DNA from: Nitrospirota bacterium
GTDB taxonomy: Bacteria > Nitrospirota > Nitrospiria > Nitrospirales > Nitrospiraceae
DNA: 64,000 nucleotides
Direction of reading: 5' to 3'
Assembly: GCA_963701855.1 (NCBI GenBank)
Contig: CAVPBK010000009.1
Location: 1-64,000, forward strand
Shown here: positions 19,462 to 30,519 of the stretch, piece after piece
Layout: the number at the start of each line of letters is the position of its first letter
Numbering within the stretch: the stretch's first letter is position 1
The notes under the pieces: model-generated
Database searches by the model: none
Told to the model about the DNA's origin: nothing
Seen by the model: the letters and a program-made list of their open reading frames with translations, nothing else
Program-made: the position numbers and the translations under genes

Positions 19462-20253
19462 ATGCTCATCGTCGTTGATATCGGCAACACGAACATTGTT
19501 TGGGGAGTCTACGACGACATCACCCTAGTGGCCCATTGGCGATTGGCTACGGATGTAAAAAAAACCTCGGACGAATACGGCATCCTCTTCTCCAATCTTC
19601 TCACCGCAGCGGGGATTCCCTCTCAACGTCTCTCCGGCGCCATCATCTCCAGCGTCGTGCCTGCACTGACCGGGACTATCGAGGACATGATCGGCCAATA
19701 CTTTCATCAGCATCCCCTGATCGTCACCTCAGATACGGACACGGGGCTCACACTCCGTTATGCCAACCCAAGAGAAATCGGGAGCGACCGGCTGGTGAAT
19801 GCTGCAGCCGCATATCATAAATATCGCCGTGATCTCATCGTCGTCGACTTCGGCACCGCCACAACCTTTTGCGCCATCACGGCAGAGGGCCACTACCTCG
19901 GAGGCGTCATCGCCCCCGGCCTCGGAATCTCGGCGGACGCTCTGTTCGCCCGCGCCGCCAAACTAGCCAAGGTCGAATTGATCCGTCCGAAGACCGTGAT
20001 CGGCACTGACACCGCCGGCAGTATTCAATCCGGCCTGTTATTCGGGTATGCAGGACTGGTCGATACCGTCGTCCGGCGAATGGAACAGGAACTCGGACGC
20101 TCAGCCTACGTCATCGGCACCGGAGGACTCAGTTCAATTCTGGCAACCGAAACCGCCTCTATTCAAAAGATTGACCCCTTCCTCACCTTAGAAGGCCTTG
20201 AGCTTCTCTACCGACGATCCCAAGGTCGCCTCCCTCCCAACATACAAGTCTAA
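19462..20253 (+). CDS. coaX: Type III pantothenate kinase
   Basis: DIGNT, SSVVP, IGSDR, VDFGTAT, GGVIAPG, TGG. Confidence 0.96.
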   Translation: MLIVVDIGNTNIVWGVYDDITLVAHWRLATDVKKTSDEYGILFSNLLTAAGIPSQRLSGAIISSVVPALTGTIEDMIGQYFHQHPLIVTSDTDTGLTLRYANPREIGSDRLVNAAAAYHKYRRDLIVVDFGTATTFCAITAEGHYLGGVIAPGLGISADALFARAAKLAKVELIRPKTVIGTDTAGSIQSGLLFGYAGLVDTVVRRMEQELGRSAYVIGTGGLSSILATETASIQKIDPFLTLEGLELLYRRSQGRLPPNIQV

Positions 20254-20297
20254 CGACTGGGATTTCCTTCACAAGTAATTAATTTTTCTAGGCCCCG

Positions 20298-20325
20298 TTG
20301 ACTTTATAGGGCTTGTGGCTATCTT
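20298..20325 (+). promoter_or_regulatory. Candidate sigma70 promoter of grpE-dnaK-dnaJ
   Basis: TTGACT-16 nt-TATCTT. Confidence 0.4.
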
Positions 20326-20347
20326 CAACCAGTTAGAGGAGTCTTGA

Positions 20348-20947
20348 ATGGCAGAAGAACAGCAGAACACAAATACAATCGAGAACTTGGATGCTCCTGC
20401 GCGGAGTGCTTCTTCGGCCACAGAAGATGCCAACTTGGTCACAGAGCTTCAGCTGGCTCTCGCGGCAAAGACTGAAGAGGTAACGGGCTTGAATGATAAA
20501 TATCTTCGGCTCGCCGCCGAGTTTGACAACTACAAACGATTGATCCAGCGGGACCAGCGCGATCAGATCCGGTTCGGCAATGAACACTTACTCAAGGAAC
20601 TGTTGCCGGTCGTCGACAATCTCGAACGGGCCATCAAGTCTTCACGAGAGGGGGGAGGCAGCGACGTCCTTATTCAGGGCGTGGATCTCACCCTCAAGCA
20701 GTTGACGGGAGCCTTGGCGAGATTTCATGTCGTACCTGTCGAGACGGTCGGTCGGCTGTTCGATCCCGCCACACATCAAGCCGTCACCTCCATCGAGTCT
20801 GAGAAGGTCCCAAAACAGCATGTGGTCGACGAGCTCCAGCGGGGATATCTCCTGCATGACCGTATCTTGCGGGCAGCCATGGTGAGCGTATCAGCGGGTC
20901 GGCCCGACGGAGCATCGAGAGCAGAAGACAGAATCAGTTCGACGTAA
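20348..20947 (+). CDS. grpE: Nucleotide exchange factor GrpE
   Basis: LRLAAEFDNYKR, LLPVVDNLERA, FDPATHQAV, GYLLHDRILRAAMV. Confidence 0.97.
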   Translation: MAEEQQNTNTIENLDAPARSASSATEDANLVTELQLALAAKTEEVTGLNDKYLRLAAEFDNYKRLIQRDQRDQIRFGNEHLLKELLPVVDNLERAIKSSREGGGSDVLIQGVDLTLKQLTGALARFHVVPVETVGRLFDPATHQAVTSIESEKVPKQHVVDELQRGYLLHDRILRAAMVSVSAGRPDGASRAEDRISST

Positions 20948-20989
20948 CAACATCATCAAAGATAGACCTAGTCAGGAAGGAGTAGGCAC

Positions 20990-22915
20990 ATGGGCAAAGT
21001 GATCGGCATCGACCTTGGAACCACGAACTCCTGCGTTTCCATCATGAGTGGTGGCGAACCGGTCGTGATCGCCAACGCAGAAGGAGCCCGCACAACACCG
21101 TCCGTCGTCGCCATCACAGAGAAGGGCGAGCGCCTTGTCGGACAAATCGCAAAGCGCCAGGCGATTACCAATCCCGAGAATACGATTTTCTCCGTGAAAC
21201 GCCTCATGGGCCGCAAGTTTCACAGCCAGCAAGTAACCGATGCCGCAAAGCGGCTCCCCTACAAAGTGTCTGAGGGGGACAACGGCGATGCGCACGTCGA
21301 ATTACGCGGAAAGCGCTACAGCCCGCCGGAAATCTCTGCCATGATTCTGCAAAAGATGAGGCAGACAGCGGAGGACTATCTCGGCGAGAAAGTCACCGAA
21401 GCGGTCGTGACCGTTCCCGCCTACTTCGACGACAGCCAACGACAGGCCACTAAAGATGCCGGCCAGATCGCAGGCTTGAACGTACTCAGGATCATCAATG
21501 AGCCGACCGCTGCCGCTCTGGCCTACGGCCTGGACAAGAAAAAGGACGAGCGGGTTGCCGTCTATGATTTGGGCGGCGGTACATTCGATGTCTCCATCCT
21601 TGAGATCGGCGACGGCGTTTTCGAGGTCAAGTCAACCAACGGCGACACCTATCTCGGCGGCGACGACTTCGACCAGCGCGTTATGGACTGGTTGGTCGAT
21701 GAGTTCAAGAAGGATCAAGGCATCGATCTTCGGAAAGATCGAATGGCCCTCCAACGCCTGAAAGAAGCGGCGGAACGCGCCAAAATCGAGCTCTCTTCGT
21801 CGCAGGAAACCGAGATCAATCTGCCCTTCGTCACCGCAGACGCCAACGGACCGAAACATTTAGTTGTCAAACTGACCCGTGCGAAACTTGAACAGATGGT
21901 CGACGACCTGATTAAACGATCGATCGAGCCCTGCAAAAAGGCGCTCGCCGACGCCGGCGTATCCGCGGGCGACATCAAGGAAGTCGTCCTAGTCGGCGGC
22001 ATGACCCGCATGCCGAGAGTCATTCAGGCCGTCAAAGAGTTCTTCGGAAAAGAACCTCACCGGGGTGTGAATCCTGACGAAGTCGTGGCGATCGGCGCCG
22101 CCATTCAAGGTGGCGTGCTCAAGGGCGAAGTAAAGGACGTACTGCTCCTCGACGTCACGCCCCTCTCGCTGGGCATCGAAACCCTCGGCGGTGTCTTTAC
22201 AAAGTTGATCGAGCGGAATACGACCGTCCCGACAAAAAAGAGCCAGGTCTTCTCGACGGCTGCCGACAATCAAACGGCAGTGACCATTCGAGTCTTCCAA
22301 GGCGAACGCGAGATGGCCAACGATAATAAACTGCTCGGCCAGTTCGACTTGGTCGGGATCCCTCCCGCTCCACGCGGGATGCCGCAAGTCGAAGTGACGT
22401 TTGACATCGACGCCAACGGCATCGTCCATGTTTCGGCCAAAGACTTGGCGACACAAAAGGAGCAATCCATCAAGATCACGGCATCCAGCGGCTTGAGCAA
22501 GGAAGAAGTCGAAAAGCTGGTGAAGGATGCACAGGCCCATACCGACGAAGATAAAAAGCGTCGGAAGACCGCCGAAGCCAAAAATCAGGCTGACTCGCTG
22601 ATCTACCAGACGGAAAAAAACCTGAGCGAGCACGGCGACAAGATCGCAGCGGAAGACAAGACCAAGATCGAAGAAGCGGTGGCCGCGCTGAAAAAAGCGA
22701 TGGAGGGAACAGACCCTGGAGCGATCGAGTCCGCGACCCAAACGCTGACGACCGCGTCCCACAAGTTGGCTGAGGAGATGTATAAGAAGGCTTCGGCATC
22801 GACTGCAGCCGGCAATGGCGCCGACACAACAGGCGGAGCCGGCACCGGTGAGACCAAGACGGATGAAAAGGTCGTCGATGCAGAATTCGAAGAAGTAGAC
22901 AAAGATAAGAAGTAA
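20990..22915 (+). CDS. dnaK: Chaperone DnaK
   Basis: [30 protein letters not shown]. Confidence 0.99.
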   Translation: MGKVIGIDLGTTNSCVSIMSGGEPVVIANAEGARTTPSVVAITEKGERLVGQIAKRQAITNPENTIFSVKRLMGRKFHSQQVTDAAKRLPYKVSEGDNGDAHVELRGKRYSPPEISAMILQKMRQTAEDYLGEKVTEAVVTVPAYFDDSQRQATKDAGQIAGLNVLRIINEPTAAALAYGLDKKKDERVAVYDLGGGTFDVSILEIGDGVFEVKSTNGDTYLGGDDFDQRVMDWLVDEFKKDQGIDLRKDRMALQRLKEAAERAKIELSSSQETEINLPFVTADANGPKHLVVKLTRAKLEQMVDDLIKRSIEPCKKALADAGVSAGDIKEVVLVGGMTRMPRVIQAVKEFFGKEPHRGVNPDEVVAIGAAIQGGVLKGEVKDVLLLDVTPLSLGIETLGGVFTKLIERNTTVPTKKSQVFSTAADNQTAVTIRVFQGEREMANDNKLLGQFDLVGIPPAPRGMPQVEVTFDIDANGIVHVSAKDLATQKEQSIKITASSGLSKEEVEKLVKDAQAHTDEDKKRRKTAEAKNQADSLIYQTEKNLSEHGDKIAAEDKTKIEEAVAALKKAMEGTDPGAIESATQTLTTASHKLAEEMYKKASASTAAGNGADTTGGAGTGETKTDEKVVDAEFEEVDKDKK

Positions 22916-22998
22916 GTTAGAATACCGTCAGTGAGACCGAGCTTCGCCGATACAGCGGGCTCGGTCTTGCTACACTGTCACCCTGAGAGATAGCGTCC

Positions 22999-24114
22999 GT
23001 GTCTAAACGTGACTACTACGAAACCTTGGGCGTCGAACGAAGCGCGTCCGACGATGAGCTCAAGAAAGCCTACCGGAAGATGGCCCGCCAACACCATCCC
23101 GATCTCCAGACGGGCGAAACCCAGAAGAAAACATCAGAAGAGAAATTCAAAGAAGTCAATGAAGCCTACGAGACGCTGAGCGACCAGGAAAAACGAAAAC
23201 GTTACGACATGTTTGGTCACGCTGGAGCCCAGCAGGGTGCTGGTCCAGAGGGCTTCGGGTTCGGCGGAAGCGGCTTCGGCGACGCGTTCAACGATATCTT
23301 CGAGGATTTTTTCGGGGGCCAGCGTGGCGGCAATCGGGCCGAACGCGGCAACGACCTCCAATACAATCTGGAACTGACCTTCGAAGAAGCCGTCTACGGA
23401 AAAGAGGCCAAACTCAAAATCCCACGATGGGAAATGTGCACCGACTGCAAAGGGAGCGGCGCCAAAAGCGCGGCATCGGTCAAGACCTGCCCCAGTTGCA
23501 AAGGGGCGGGACAGATGCGGTTCCAGCAAGGGTTCTTCAGCATCACCCGTCCCTGCGGCCAATGCGAGGGGGCAGGACGAATCGTCACAGAGCCCTGTCC
23601 TGTCTGTCAGGGCCGTCAACGCACCTATCGAGAGCGAACCATTGCCGTACATATCCCGGCCGGCATTGAGTCAGGCATGCGCCTGCGCCTCTCGAACGAA
23701 GGGGAGCACGGAGTCAACGCAGGCCCTCCAGGCGATCTCTATGTGGCGATTACCGTCAGGCCGCACCCGATCTTTCGGCGAGAGGGGCACGATATTCTCT
23801 GTGACGTCCCGATTCAGTTCGTCACCGCCGTACTCGGAGGAAAAATTGAAGTTCCCACGCTGAAAGGCAACACGGTCATCAAGATTCCTGCTGGCACGCA
23901 GCAAGATAAGATCCTGCGCATCAAAGGCCTGGGCGTTCCCAGTCTCAAGAACCAGAGTACCGGCGACCAATTATTTATCATCAAGATTCAGATTCCCACC
24001 AAACTGACCGCGCGTCAAAAGGAATTGCTCAAAGAATTTGCCAAAGAGAGCGGCATGACGATGGAAGAAGACAGCGACGGCTTCTTCGACAAGATGAAGA
24101 CTTTCTTCGAATAG
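22999..24114 (+). CDS. dnaJ: Chaperone DnaJ
   Basis: HPD J-domain, G/F region, four CxxCxG repeats. Confidence 0.99.
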   Translation: MSKRDYYETLGVERSASDDELKKAYRKMARQHHPDLQTGETQKKTSEEKFKEVNEAYETLSDQEKRKRYDMFGHAGAQQGAGPEGFGFGGSGFGDAFNDIFEDFFGGQRGGNRAERGNDLQYNLELTFEEAVYGKEAKLKIPRWEMCTDCKGSGAKSAASVKTCPSCKGAGQMRFQQGFFSITRPCGQCEGAGRIVTEPCPVCQGRQRTYRERTIAVHIPAGIESGMRLRLSNEGEHGVNAGPPGDLYVAITVRPHPIFRREGHDILCDVPIQFVTAVLGGKIEVPTLKGNTVIKIPAGTQQDKILRIKGLGVPSLKNQSTGDQLFIIKIQIPTKLTARQKELLKEFAKESGMTMEEDSDGFFDKMKTFFE

Positions 24115-24207
24115 CACGGCGGCCATCGCCCACCAGTCTGCGGAAAAACCATTCGACATAGCAAGACTTCGATAATCTGTACGTCTGGGGCAAGAAAAGA
24201 ACACTCA

Positions 24208-24335
24208 CGCAGGATGCTCAAAAAGTCTGTACAGCAAGGCCGCAGCAAGCGAAGAGGCGAGGCGTACGCTTCGGTACGTTGAGCTTCTGAGTGATGCGAG
24301 AACGACGCGGGCAGACTTTTTCAGCATGCTGCTAG
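24208..24335. repeat. MITE-like family B
   Basis: GCAGGATGCTCAAAAAGTC..GACTTTTTCAGCATGCTGCTAG. Confidence 0.8.
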
Positions 24336-24346
24336 ACACCCGCATT

Positions 24347-25087
24347 ATGTCCACTTTCTTCGTCGACCCTGACGCCATCACTCCTCCTACGATTCGCATC
24401 GCCGGCGACCTACTCCATCATCTTCGCGATAGTCTCCGCTTACACCCGGGCGACTCCCTCGTCCTGAACGACGGAGATGGAACCCGCTATCGCGTGGAAG
24501 TGACCCACATAACCTCACAGGCTATCGACAGCCAAATTATCGATCGGCAAACTGAGCCGGCGCGCAAAACCTCACCGATTGTGCTCGGACAGGCGTTGAT
24601 CAAAGGCGACAAGATGGATTGGGTTATTCAAAAGGCCACAGAACTTGGAGTTGCAACCATCATCCCCACTCACAGCGCACACAGTGTCATCAAGCCCAAT
24701 CCTGAGCGCCTGGAACACCAACGCTCCAGGTGGGAACGCATTGCGCGGGACGCGTCACAACAATCGGAACGATGGACCATCCCCACTATCGCAGACCCGG
24801 TGGACCTAGCAGGGATCTGCCGACAATATGCCTCAGCACCTCTGAAAGGCATGCTCGTGGAACGCTCCAGCGCCCCGTCCCTTGCAACCATACCGTTGCC
24901 GTCAAACCCTCAACTTCCGATTGTCTTATTGATAGGGCCGGAAGGGGGGTGGGCGCCGGAGGAACAGCGCCAGGCCCAGAAGCAAGGTTTCCTTCCGCTC
25001 ACCCTTGGACCTAGAATCCTGCGGGCCGAGACCGCAGCCATCGCCGCACTCAGCATTCTCCAATCAAGGCTCGATGAGATGGGATAG
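24347..25087 (+). CDS. rsmE: 16S rRNA m3U1498 methyltransferase
   Basis: QKATELG, EASQQS-like DASQQS, IGPEGG, LGPRILRAETA. Confidence 0.96.
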   Translation: MSTFFVDPDAITPPTIRIAGDLLHHLRDSLRLHPGDSLVLNDGDGTRYRVEVTHITSQAIDSQIIDRQTEPARKTSPIVLGQALIKGDKMDWVIQKATELGVATIIPTHSAHSVIKPNPERLEHQRSRWERIARDASQQSERWTIPTIADPVDLAGICRQYASAPLKGMLVERSSAPSLATIPLPSNPQLPIVLLIGPEGGWAPEEQRQAQKQGFLPLTLGPRILRAETAAIAALSILQSRLDEMG

Positions 25088-25096
25088 GACCGGCTG

Positions 25097-26098
25097 TCAG
25101 CGGCCAGTCTTCAAATGAACGATCGTGCCGTTTTCTCCACTGGCCCAGCCCTGTATTCCATCAGGAAACGAGAGGCCAAACAGCGAGACCTTCGCAATCG
25201 TCCCCTGCTCTATCCAGGTAAATCCACCATCGGTCGTCCGATAGGCCATGCCCCGTTCCCCCACAATCCATCCGGTCTGAGGGTCGGTAAAGCGTACACG
25301 CAAAAAGTCGGTGAGCTTCGTGCAGGTACTGGAGCAGGGTAACGTGCGGTCAATCCATTGATGGCCGCCATCGGTCGTTTGGAAAATGGCTCCGGCGTTT
25401 CCAACAACCCACCCCGTCGACACATCGGAAAAGTACACGTCGAACAGCGTGACAGCCCCCTGTGTTTCTTGCGGTGTCCAGGTGATCCCGCCATTGTCCG
25501 TCATTAAGACAGTCCCCACCGCCCCCACCACCGTCCCATGCTGTGCGGTGAGAAATTGCACGCCATAGAGGGCCGCACTTATCTTGCTTGGTTGCTCAAC
25601 CCAATGAGTTCCGCCGTCCTTGGTATGTAAAATGGTTCCGTTGCCGCCAACCACCCACCCTTCACTGGCCGACACAAACGAAAGGCCATAGAATGGTACT
25701 TGCGTATCGACGGGTTGCTGCTGCCAGGTATTCCCCCCGTCCTGACTTCGACGAATCGTCCCATTGGTTCCGACAACCCAGCCCTGCTTCTCATCGAAAA
25801 AGAAGACGGCTGAGAGGCTCGCCGCAGTCCCGCTGGCGACCTTCTTCCACTTTTCCCCGCCATCGGCCGTCTTCAGAATGATACCGCCAGAGCCGACTGC
25901 CCAACCCAGCTGAGGCGTACGAAAATACAGCCCCATCAGGATGGCTTCGGTATGGCTCACTTGAGAGGTGACCGTCAGAGAAGAATCAGCAGTCCACGAG
26001 GGAGACGCGCGCAACAGCGTCACCAACACCACGAGCGTGAGGCATCCAGTCCAAGACAGAGGGAGCCTCCACCATGATCCTGGCAATCCGTATCTCAC
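25097..26098 (-). CDS. YCF48-like BNR-repeat beta-propeller protein, exported
   Basis: Repeated GWxVG..G.I..T.DGG..W units after a signal-like N-terminus. Confidence 0.88.
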   Translation of the reverse strand: MRYGLPGSWWRLPLSWTGCLTLVVLVTLLRASPSWTADSSLTVTSQVSHTEAILMGLYFRTPQLGWAVGSGGIILKTADGGEKWKKVASGTAASLSAVFFFDEKQGWVVGTNGTIRRSQDGGNTWQQQPVDTQVPFYGLSFVSASEGWVVGGNGTILHTKDGGTHWVEQPSKISAALYGVQFLTAQHGTVVGAVGTVLMTDNGGITWTPQETQGAVTLFDVYFSDVSTGWVVGNAGAIFQTTDGGHQWIDRTLPCSSTCTKLTDFLRVRFTDPQTGWIVGERGMAYRTTDGGFTWIEQGTIAKVSLFGLSFPDGIQGWASGENGTIVHLKTGR

Positions 26099-27780
26099 TG
26101 GTTGGTGTCGGCGTCAGGGCGATTGTTATTGAAGTAGCCTGGGTCGGGCATGCCCTTGGCCAGAATGGTGAAGGTACCCACGTCCAACGTCAGCCACTTC
26201 TTCGGAGTACAACACGTTTCGTCGGGCTGCACATCCCAGGAGCCGCGCCGCACAATCAGCGGTCCAGTCGCAAGATCGTTGAAGAACTCATTGCGCTTCC
26301 CCACACCATAGAGATTCCGGTGGGGCACTCGCACGACAATCTCCGTGTCCGTCCAGGACATCACCTGCGCCGCGACGTTGCTGAACAGCACCTCCGTACG
26401 CGAGACGTTCTCGTCCAGCTCGATATCGTCTCGCCGCTTGTAAGCCTTCTGGTTGAGGCCTAAATAGGCATGCTCGGCTGTTTTCAAGAACGTGCCGAAC
26501 CCCGACCCTTTGATCGTGATCAATTCATCGAGTCCCCCCGATTGCGGGCTATAGGAATCGATCTTCGGCACGACCAATGTAAAGACTCCCGCCTCAGTTT
26601 TTACGACCTCCTTCGACGCACAGCAAGAACCGTCTGGATTGGGCTTGGTCGCGCCTCGAGATATCACAACCGATCCGCTTTTCGCACTGAAGGGTACCCA
26701 CACATCGATGCGATCGTCTTGCCAGCGATAGATGATGGCGCGGACCCCACCGATATCGACTCGATTCTCTCCTGTATTGAAATCGGTAAAAGCGTAGGGG
26801 GTCGCTCCACTTTCTGAATAGAATCCAAAATGTTCCCCGCTGATTCTGAGCAAAGTACCGATGGGGGCGGCAGAAGGTATCATTGCAGTCACCTTCGATG
26901 CGTGAACCGTAAATGTCCCGACCATTCGCTCCTGCCCCTGCATAGTCAGAGCAATGGGTCCAGTCTCCGCATCCATCGGGAGATGTACAACGATAGCGCT
27001 ATCGGACCACTGGGCGATGGTGGCAGGGTGTCCACCGAAGGTCACCGTGTCATCGGCACCCTTTGCAGTGCCAAAGCCCTGGCCGAAGAAGACTACCTTT
27101 GTACCGACCGGTCCAGTCACGGGATCGACACGAATGCTCGGAATCAGTTTAAGTGGAACAGCATTGCTCACTGTATACTGGACCGGCGCACAACAAGACC
27201 CGTCCGGCAAGGGATCGGACGATGCCAATCGAATCAGCACATCGCCAGACGCAGCATTCGTGGGAACCTCAACTTCGATGATGTCGTCCTTCCAGCGACG
27301 TGGCCTGACGATCACGCTCCCGATCATCACGTCGTTGACTCCGAACATCGTATTAGGATCTCGCGGGCCGGCTGTGGGACCGAAATGTGTGCCGGTAATC
27401 TGCACGGTATGGCCTGGTTCGATTTCTGCCGGCGTCACTGCGGTAATCGTCGGTTGCACGACCGTCAATGTCCCACCAGCCACCTTCTTCTTTCCAACCA
27501 TGATTTCAACGGGGCCGGATTGAGCCTGGAAGGGAACCTTTATCTCGATCAGGTCAGGCTCCCATCGCTGAATCAACGCAGGGAACCCACCGACAGTCAC
27601 GCGATTCACTTGCACGGATCGAAATGCGCCGAACCCTTTCCCGCCGATCGACAGGGTGGCGCCAGCGACAGCCGTTGATGGGTGCAACTCAAGCATGGAA
27701 GGAGTGGCCGCAAAGACGGCAATACTCAGGCTGGCCCACAATGTCAATGTACCCACGGCGGTTACAAACGCATTCATCAT
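26095..27780 (-). CDS. Exported IPT/TIG-domain repeat protein
   Basis: Signal peptide. Five repeats of I.G.(G/H)FG...W.D..I.V.VP. Confidence 0.85.
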   Translation of the reverse strand: MMNAFVTAVGTLTLWASLSIAVFAATPSMLELHPSTAVAGATLSIGGKGFGAFRSVQVNRVTVGGFPALIQRWEPDLIEIKVPFQAQSGPVEIMVGKKKVAGGTLTVVQPTITAVTPAEIEPGHTVQITGTHFGPTAGPRDPNTMFGVNDVMIGSVIVRPRRWKDDIIEVEVPTNAASGDVLIRLASSDPLPDGSCCAPVQYTVSNAVPLKLIPSIRVDPVTGPVGTKVVFFGQGFGTAKGADDTVTFGGHPATIAQWSDSAIVVHLPMDAETGPIALTMQGQERMVGTFTVHASKVTAMIPSAAPIGTLLRISGEHFGFYSESGATPYAFTDFNTGENRVDIGGVRAIIYRWQDDRIDVWVPFSAKSGSVVISRGATKPNPDGSCCASKEVVKTEAGVFTLVVPKIDSYSPQSGGLDELITIKGSGFGTFLKTAEHAYLGLNQKAYKRRDDIELDENVSRTEVLFSNVAAQVMSWTDTEIVVRVPHRNLYGVGKRNEFFNDLATGPLIVRRGSWDVQPDETCCTPKKWLTLDVGTFTILAKGMPDPGYFNNNRPDADTNQ

Positions 27781-27910
27781 CTGGTTTGTTTTGTTTATCC
27801 GGTTGATTTGGCTCATCTGGTTTCTTTGATCTGTCTGGTTCATCTGGTTTGTTTAGTTGATTTGGTTGGTTCAATCAAATACATAAGACAAACAAGCCAA
27901 ATCACATAAA
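27781..27910. repeat. 9-mer hairpin repeat (family A), long left arm
   Basis: About 10 TCTGGTT(C/T)(A/G)-like units then an AAC-rich arm. Confidence 0.8.
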
Positions 27911-28003
27911 CGGGTTCGACTGAACTATAGCAACCGGTTTTTTCGAGAGTCAATCCGGTGAGCGCGCACCCAGCCAGCGTTCAGGGCAGGGGAAAAAGGC
28001 CCA

Positions 28004-28462
28004 TCAAGAGACGGAGAAAATCACTTCAATTTCGATGGGAGCCCCGCGAGGCAACTCAGCAGCCCCCACAGCCACACGTGCATGACGACCAGCCTCTCCA
28101 AAGATCTCAACCAGGAGGTCCGAAGCCCCGTTGAGGACTTGGGGCTGCTGCACAAAACCTTCCGCCGACGCTACATGCCCGACGACCTTTACGACGCGCG
28201 TAACTCGGTCCAACGTTCCGAGTGCCTGCTTGGCAATCGCCAGTGCATTCAGGAGAGCGAGCCTGGCCGCCTCCATCCCCTGCGCGATCGTCAGATCACG
28301 TCCAAGCTTACCGGAGAATACCAACTGCCCGTCTCGCATGGGAAGGACGCCGGACAAAAACAAGAGATCTCCTGCCAGGACAGCCGGAACGTAGATCGCC
28401 AACGGTTGCGGCGGCGGAGGCAACTCGATGTTCAGTTCTTTCAGTTTACTTTCGTAGGACAT
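28004..28462 (-). CDS. RidA/YjgF family protein
   Basis: LSGVLP, NGASDLLVEIFGEAGRHARVAVG, LP.GAPIEIE. Confidence 0.92.
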   Translation of the reverse strand: MSYESKLKELNIELPPPPQPLAIYVPAVLAGDLLFLSGVLPMRDGQLVFSGKLGRDLTIAQGMEAARLALLNALAIAKQALGTLDRVTRVVKVVGHVASAEGFVQQPQVLNGASDLLVEIFGEAGRHARVAVGAAELPRGAPIEIEVIFSVS

Positions 28463-28519
28463 CCCGATGACTCGCGTGCTCCCTTTATTTCTTACGTTTC
28501 ACGTCATACATCCTGCGCG

Positions 28520-29677
28520 CTACCCTGCGCGAAGAGCATCGAGAAAACTTTCACCCAAAGGAAGTTGATCCCCTAGCAGCGCCTCCACAATGGTATGTCC
28601 CAGATCGGCAGCGGACGCTCTGATGCCGAGATTGACCCCATGGGCCAGCTTCGGCCCAGTGGCCAAAAGAGGGACATATTCTCGCGTCGGCAGCAGGTCA
28701 GCCTTCGTCATATCCCGTCCATGATCGCCCGTCAGAATGAGCAGGTCGCCCGGGCGAAGCTGTTCCAGCAACACAGGGAGCCGTCGATCGAAATCATGGA
28801 GGGCTGTGGCCGACTGTGTTGCATCCGATTCCAGTACATCGAGTCCAGCGAAAATCAATCCGCGGGGAACCGTTTTGAACATCCTTGTGACCTCAGAAAA
28901 TAATGAGGTCCAGTGCGCAACGGGAACGGAACGAGTGAGCCCACGACCGCTGAAGAGATCACCGACTTTTCCCACCCCGATCAGAATCTGGCTGGCACGA
29001 TTGAGCACATCGAACATGGTTGGCCCAGGCGGTTCAAGTACAAACTCACGGGGTTGCGGAGCAAACCGTATCACACCGGCATCACCCAAAAGCGGATGGG
29101 CTGAAACACGCCACATTCCCCAGGGATCCTTGAGTAATTTTCTCGCGTCACGGCAGCGCTGAAAGAACTCGTCCCGGCGCATCGCGCGCTCATGCACCGC
29201 CACATGACAGGTTCGCCGTCCATCCGTCCAAACGATCAGCGATCCCGACGACAGATGTTCGGCTGCACACTCATTCAGCATGACCGTTCCTAAGGCGCGG
29301 CGATTGCCAATGATCTTGCGGCCGAATGCCTGTTCAAGAACTCTAACCATATCGGGAGGAAAGCCGTTGGGATACAACGGCCCGGCAACATCCATCAGAT
29401 GACCGGCCATTTCCCAATAACCGGCTATAGAATCCACACCTTTTGAGCAGAACCCAAGACGACCGAAGCACCCTTCCGGCTGCCCCATCGTCCTCACACC
29501 TTTGATCTCCGCGATGTGGCCAAGCCCAAGCGCTTCCAGCGTGGGGAGGTTGAGTCCCCCAACGGCATCGGCCAGATGCGACAAGGTATTAGAACCAGCA
29601 TCACCGTACTCCTCCGCATCAGGCATAGCCCCGACGCCGAGTCCATCAATCACCAGCACAATGATACGAGTAATCAT
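28520..29677 (-). CDS. deoB: Phosphopentomutase-like protein with a divergent active site
   Basis: IDGLGVGAMPDA, GKVGDLFSGRG, TGDHG, TREYVPLL. Adjacent to deoC. Confidence 0.75.
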   Translation of the reverse strand: MITRIIVLVIDGLGVGAMPDAEEYGDAGSNTLSHLADAVGGLNLPTLEALGLGHIAEIKGVRTMGQPEGCFGRLGFCSKGVDSIAGYWEMAGHLMDVAGPLYPNGFPPDMVRVLEQAFGRKIIGNRRALGTVMLNECAAEHLSSGSLIVWTDGRRTCHVAVHERAMRRDEFFQRCRDARKLLKDPWGMWRVSAHPLLGDAGVIRFAPQPREFVLEPPGPTMFDVLNRASQILIGVGKVGDLFSGRGLTRSVPVAHWTSLFSEVTRMFKTVPRGLIFAGLDVLESDATQSATALHDFDRRLPVLLEQLRPGDLLILTGDHGRDMTKADLLPTREYVPLLATGPKLAHGVNLGIRASAADLGHTIVEALLGDQLPLGESFLDALRAG

Positions 29678-29838
29678 GGGCGCACTATAGCAGAAGCAAG
29701 ACACATCGGATATGCCGGAGTGGCGAGCGACACGTGCGAGGAGCCGGACAAGCTAGTAAATCTAGACGGGTGAGGTGGTCTCACGGATGAAGGCTGAAGC
29801 GTTCGAAGCTTGGATCCCCGGCATTTGGACTTCGACCT

Positions 29839-30519
29839 TCAGCTTTCAGCCTTCAGCCTGCTGGTCCACTCGGCCATGATTGCGAGACTCGCGCTGGTTC
29901 CGATCCGATCCGCACCGGCCTCCAGCATGGCCAGCATGGTCTTCCAGTCTCTAATTCCGCCGGAGGCCTTCACCTTGACGCGACCAGCCACAGCCGCTTT
30001 CATCAGTCTTACATCTTCAACCGTCGCACCGGCAGGGCCGAAACCGGTAGATGTCTTCACGTAGTCGGCCCCCGCCTCCACCACCAACTGACAGGCCGTA
30101 TGCTTCTCGTGCTGGGTCAGGTAACAGGTCTCGAGTATAACCTTGTGCTCAATGCCCGGTGTCGCGTTCACCACTTCAGCAATGTCCTTTCGCACATACT
30201 CACGATCTCCCGACTTTAGCCGGCTCACATTCATCACCATATCCAGCACTCGAGCGCCGCGCGCGACCGCTTCCATGGCTTCGGCGACTTTGGTCTTCGT
30301 CGTGTGAGCACCCAGAGGAAACCCGATAGGAATGCCGACTCGAATCGCTGTGCCCGCGACAGCGGCCACTGCTTCATCCACATAGCAAGGCGGGACGAAA
30401 ATCACGGTGAATCGGAACTCCTTCGCTTCCTGGCACAGTCGCAGAACATCAATCTTTGTTGCATCAGGCCGAAGCACTGTGTGGTCTATGAGACCCGGCA
30501 CGTTCCATTCAGACATCAC
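29839..30519 (-). CDS. deoC: Deoxyribose-phosphate aldolase
   Basis: IDHTVLRP, GFPLG, KVILET, VKTSTGF, KASGGIR. Confidence 0.97.
   Translation of the reverse strand: MMSEWNVPGLIDHTVLRPDATKIDVLRLCQEAKEFRFTVIFVPPCYVDEAVAAVAGTAIRVGIPIGFPLGAHTTKTKVAEAMEAVARGARVLDMVMNVSRLKSGDREYVRKDIAEVVNATPGIEHKVILETCYLTQHEKHTACQLVVEAGADYVKTSTGFGPAGATVEDVRLMKAAVAGRVKVKASGGIRDWKTMLAMLEAGADRIGTSASLAIMAEWTSRLKAES

Noticed and set aside
20254..20347. CIRCE operator upstream of grpE-dnaK
   Set aside because: No TTAGCACTC-N9-GAGTGCTAA match is visible.
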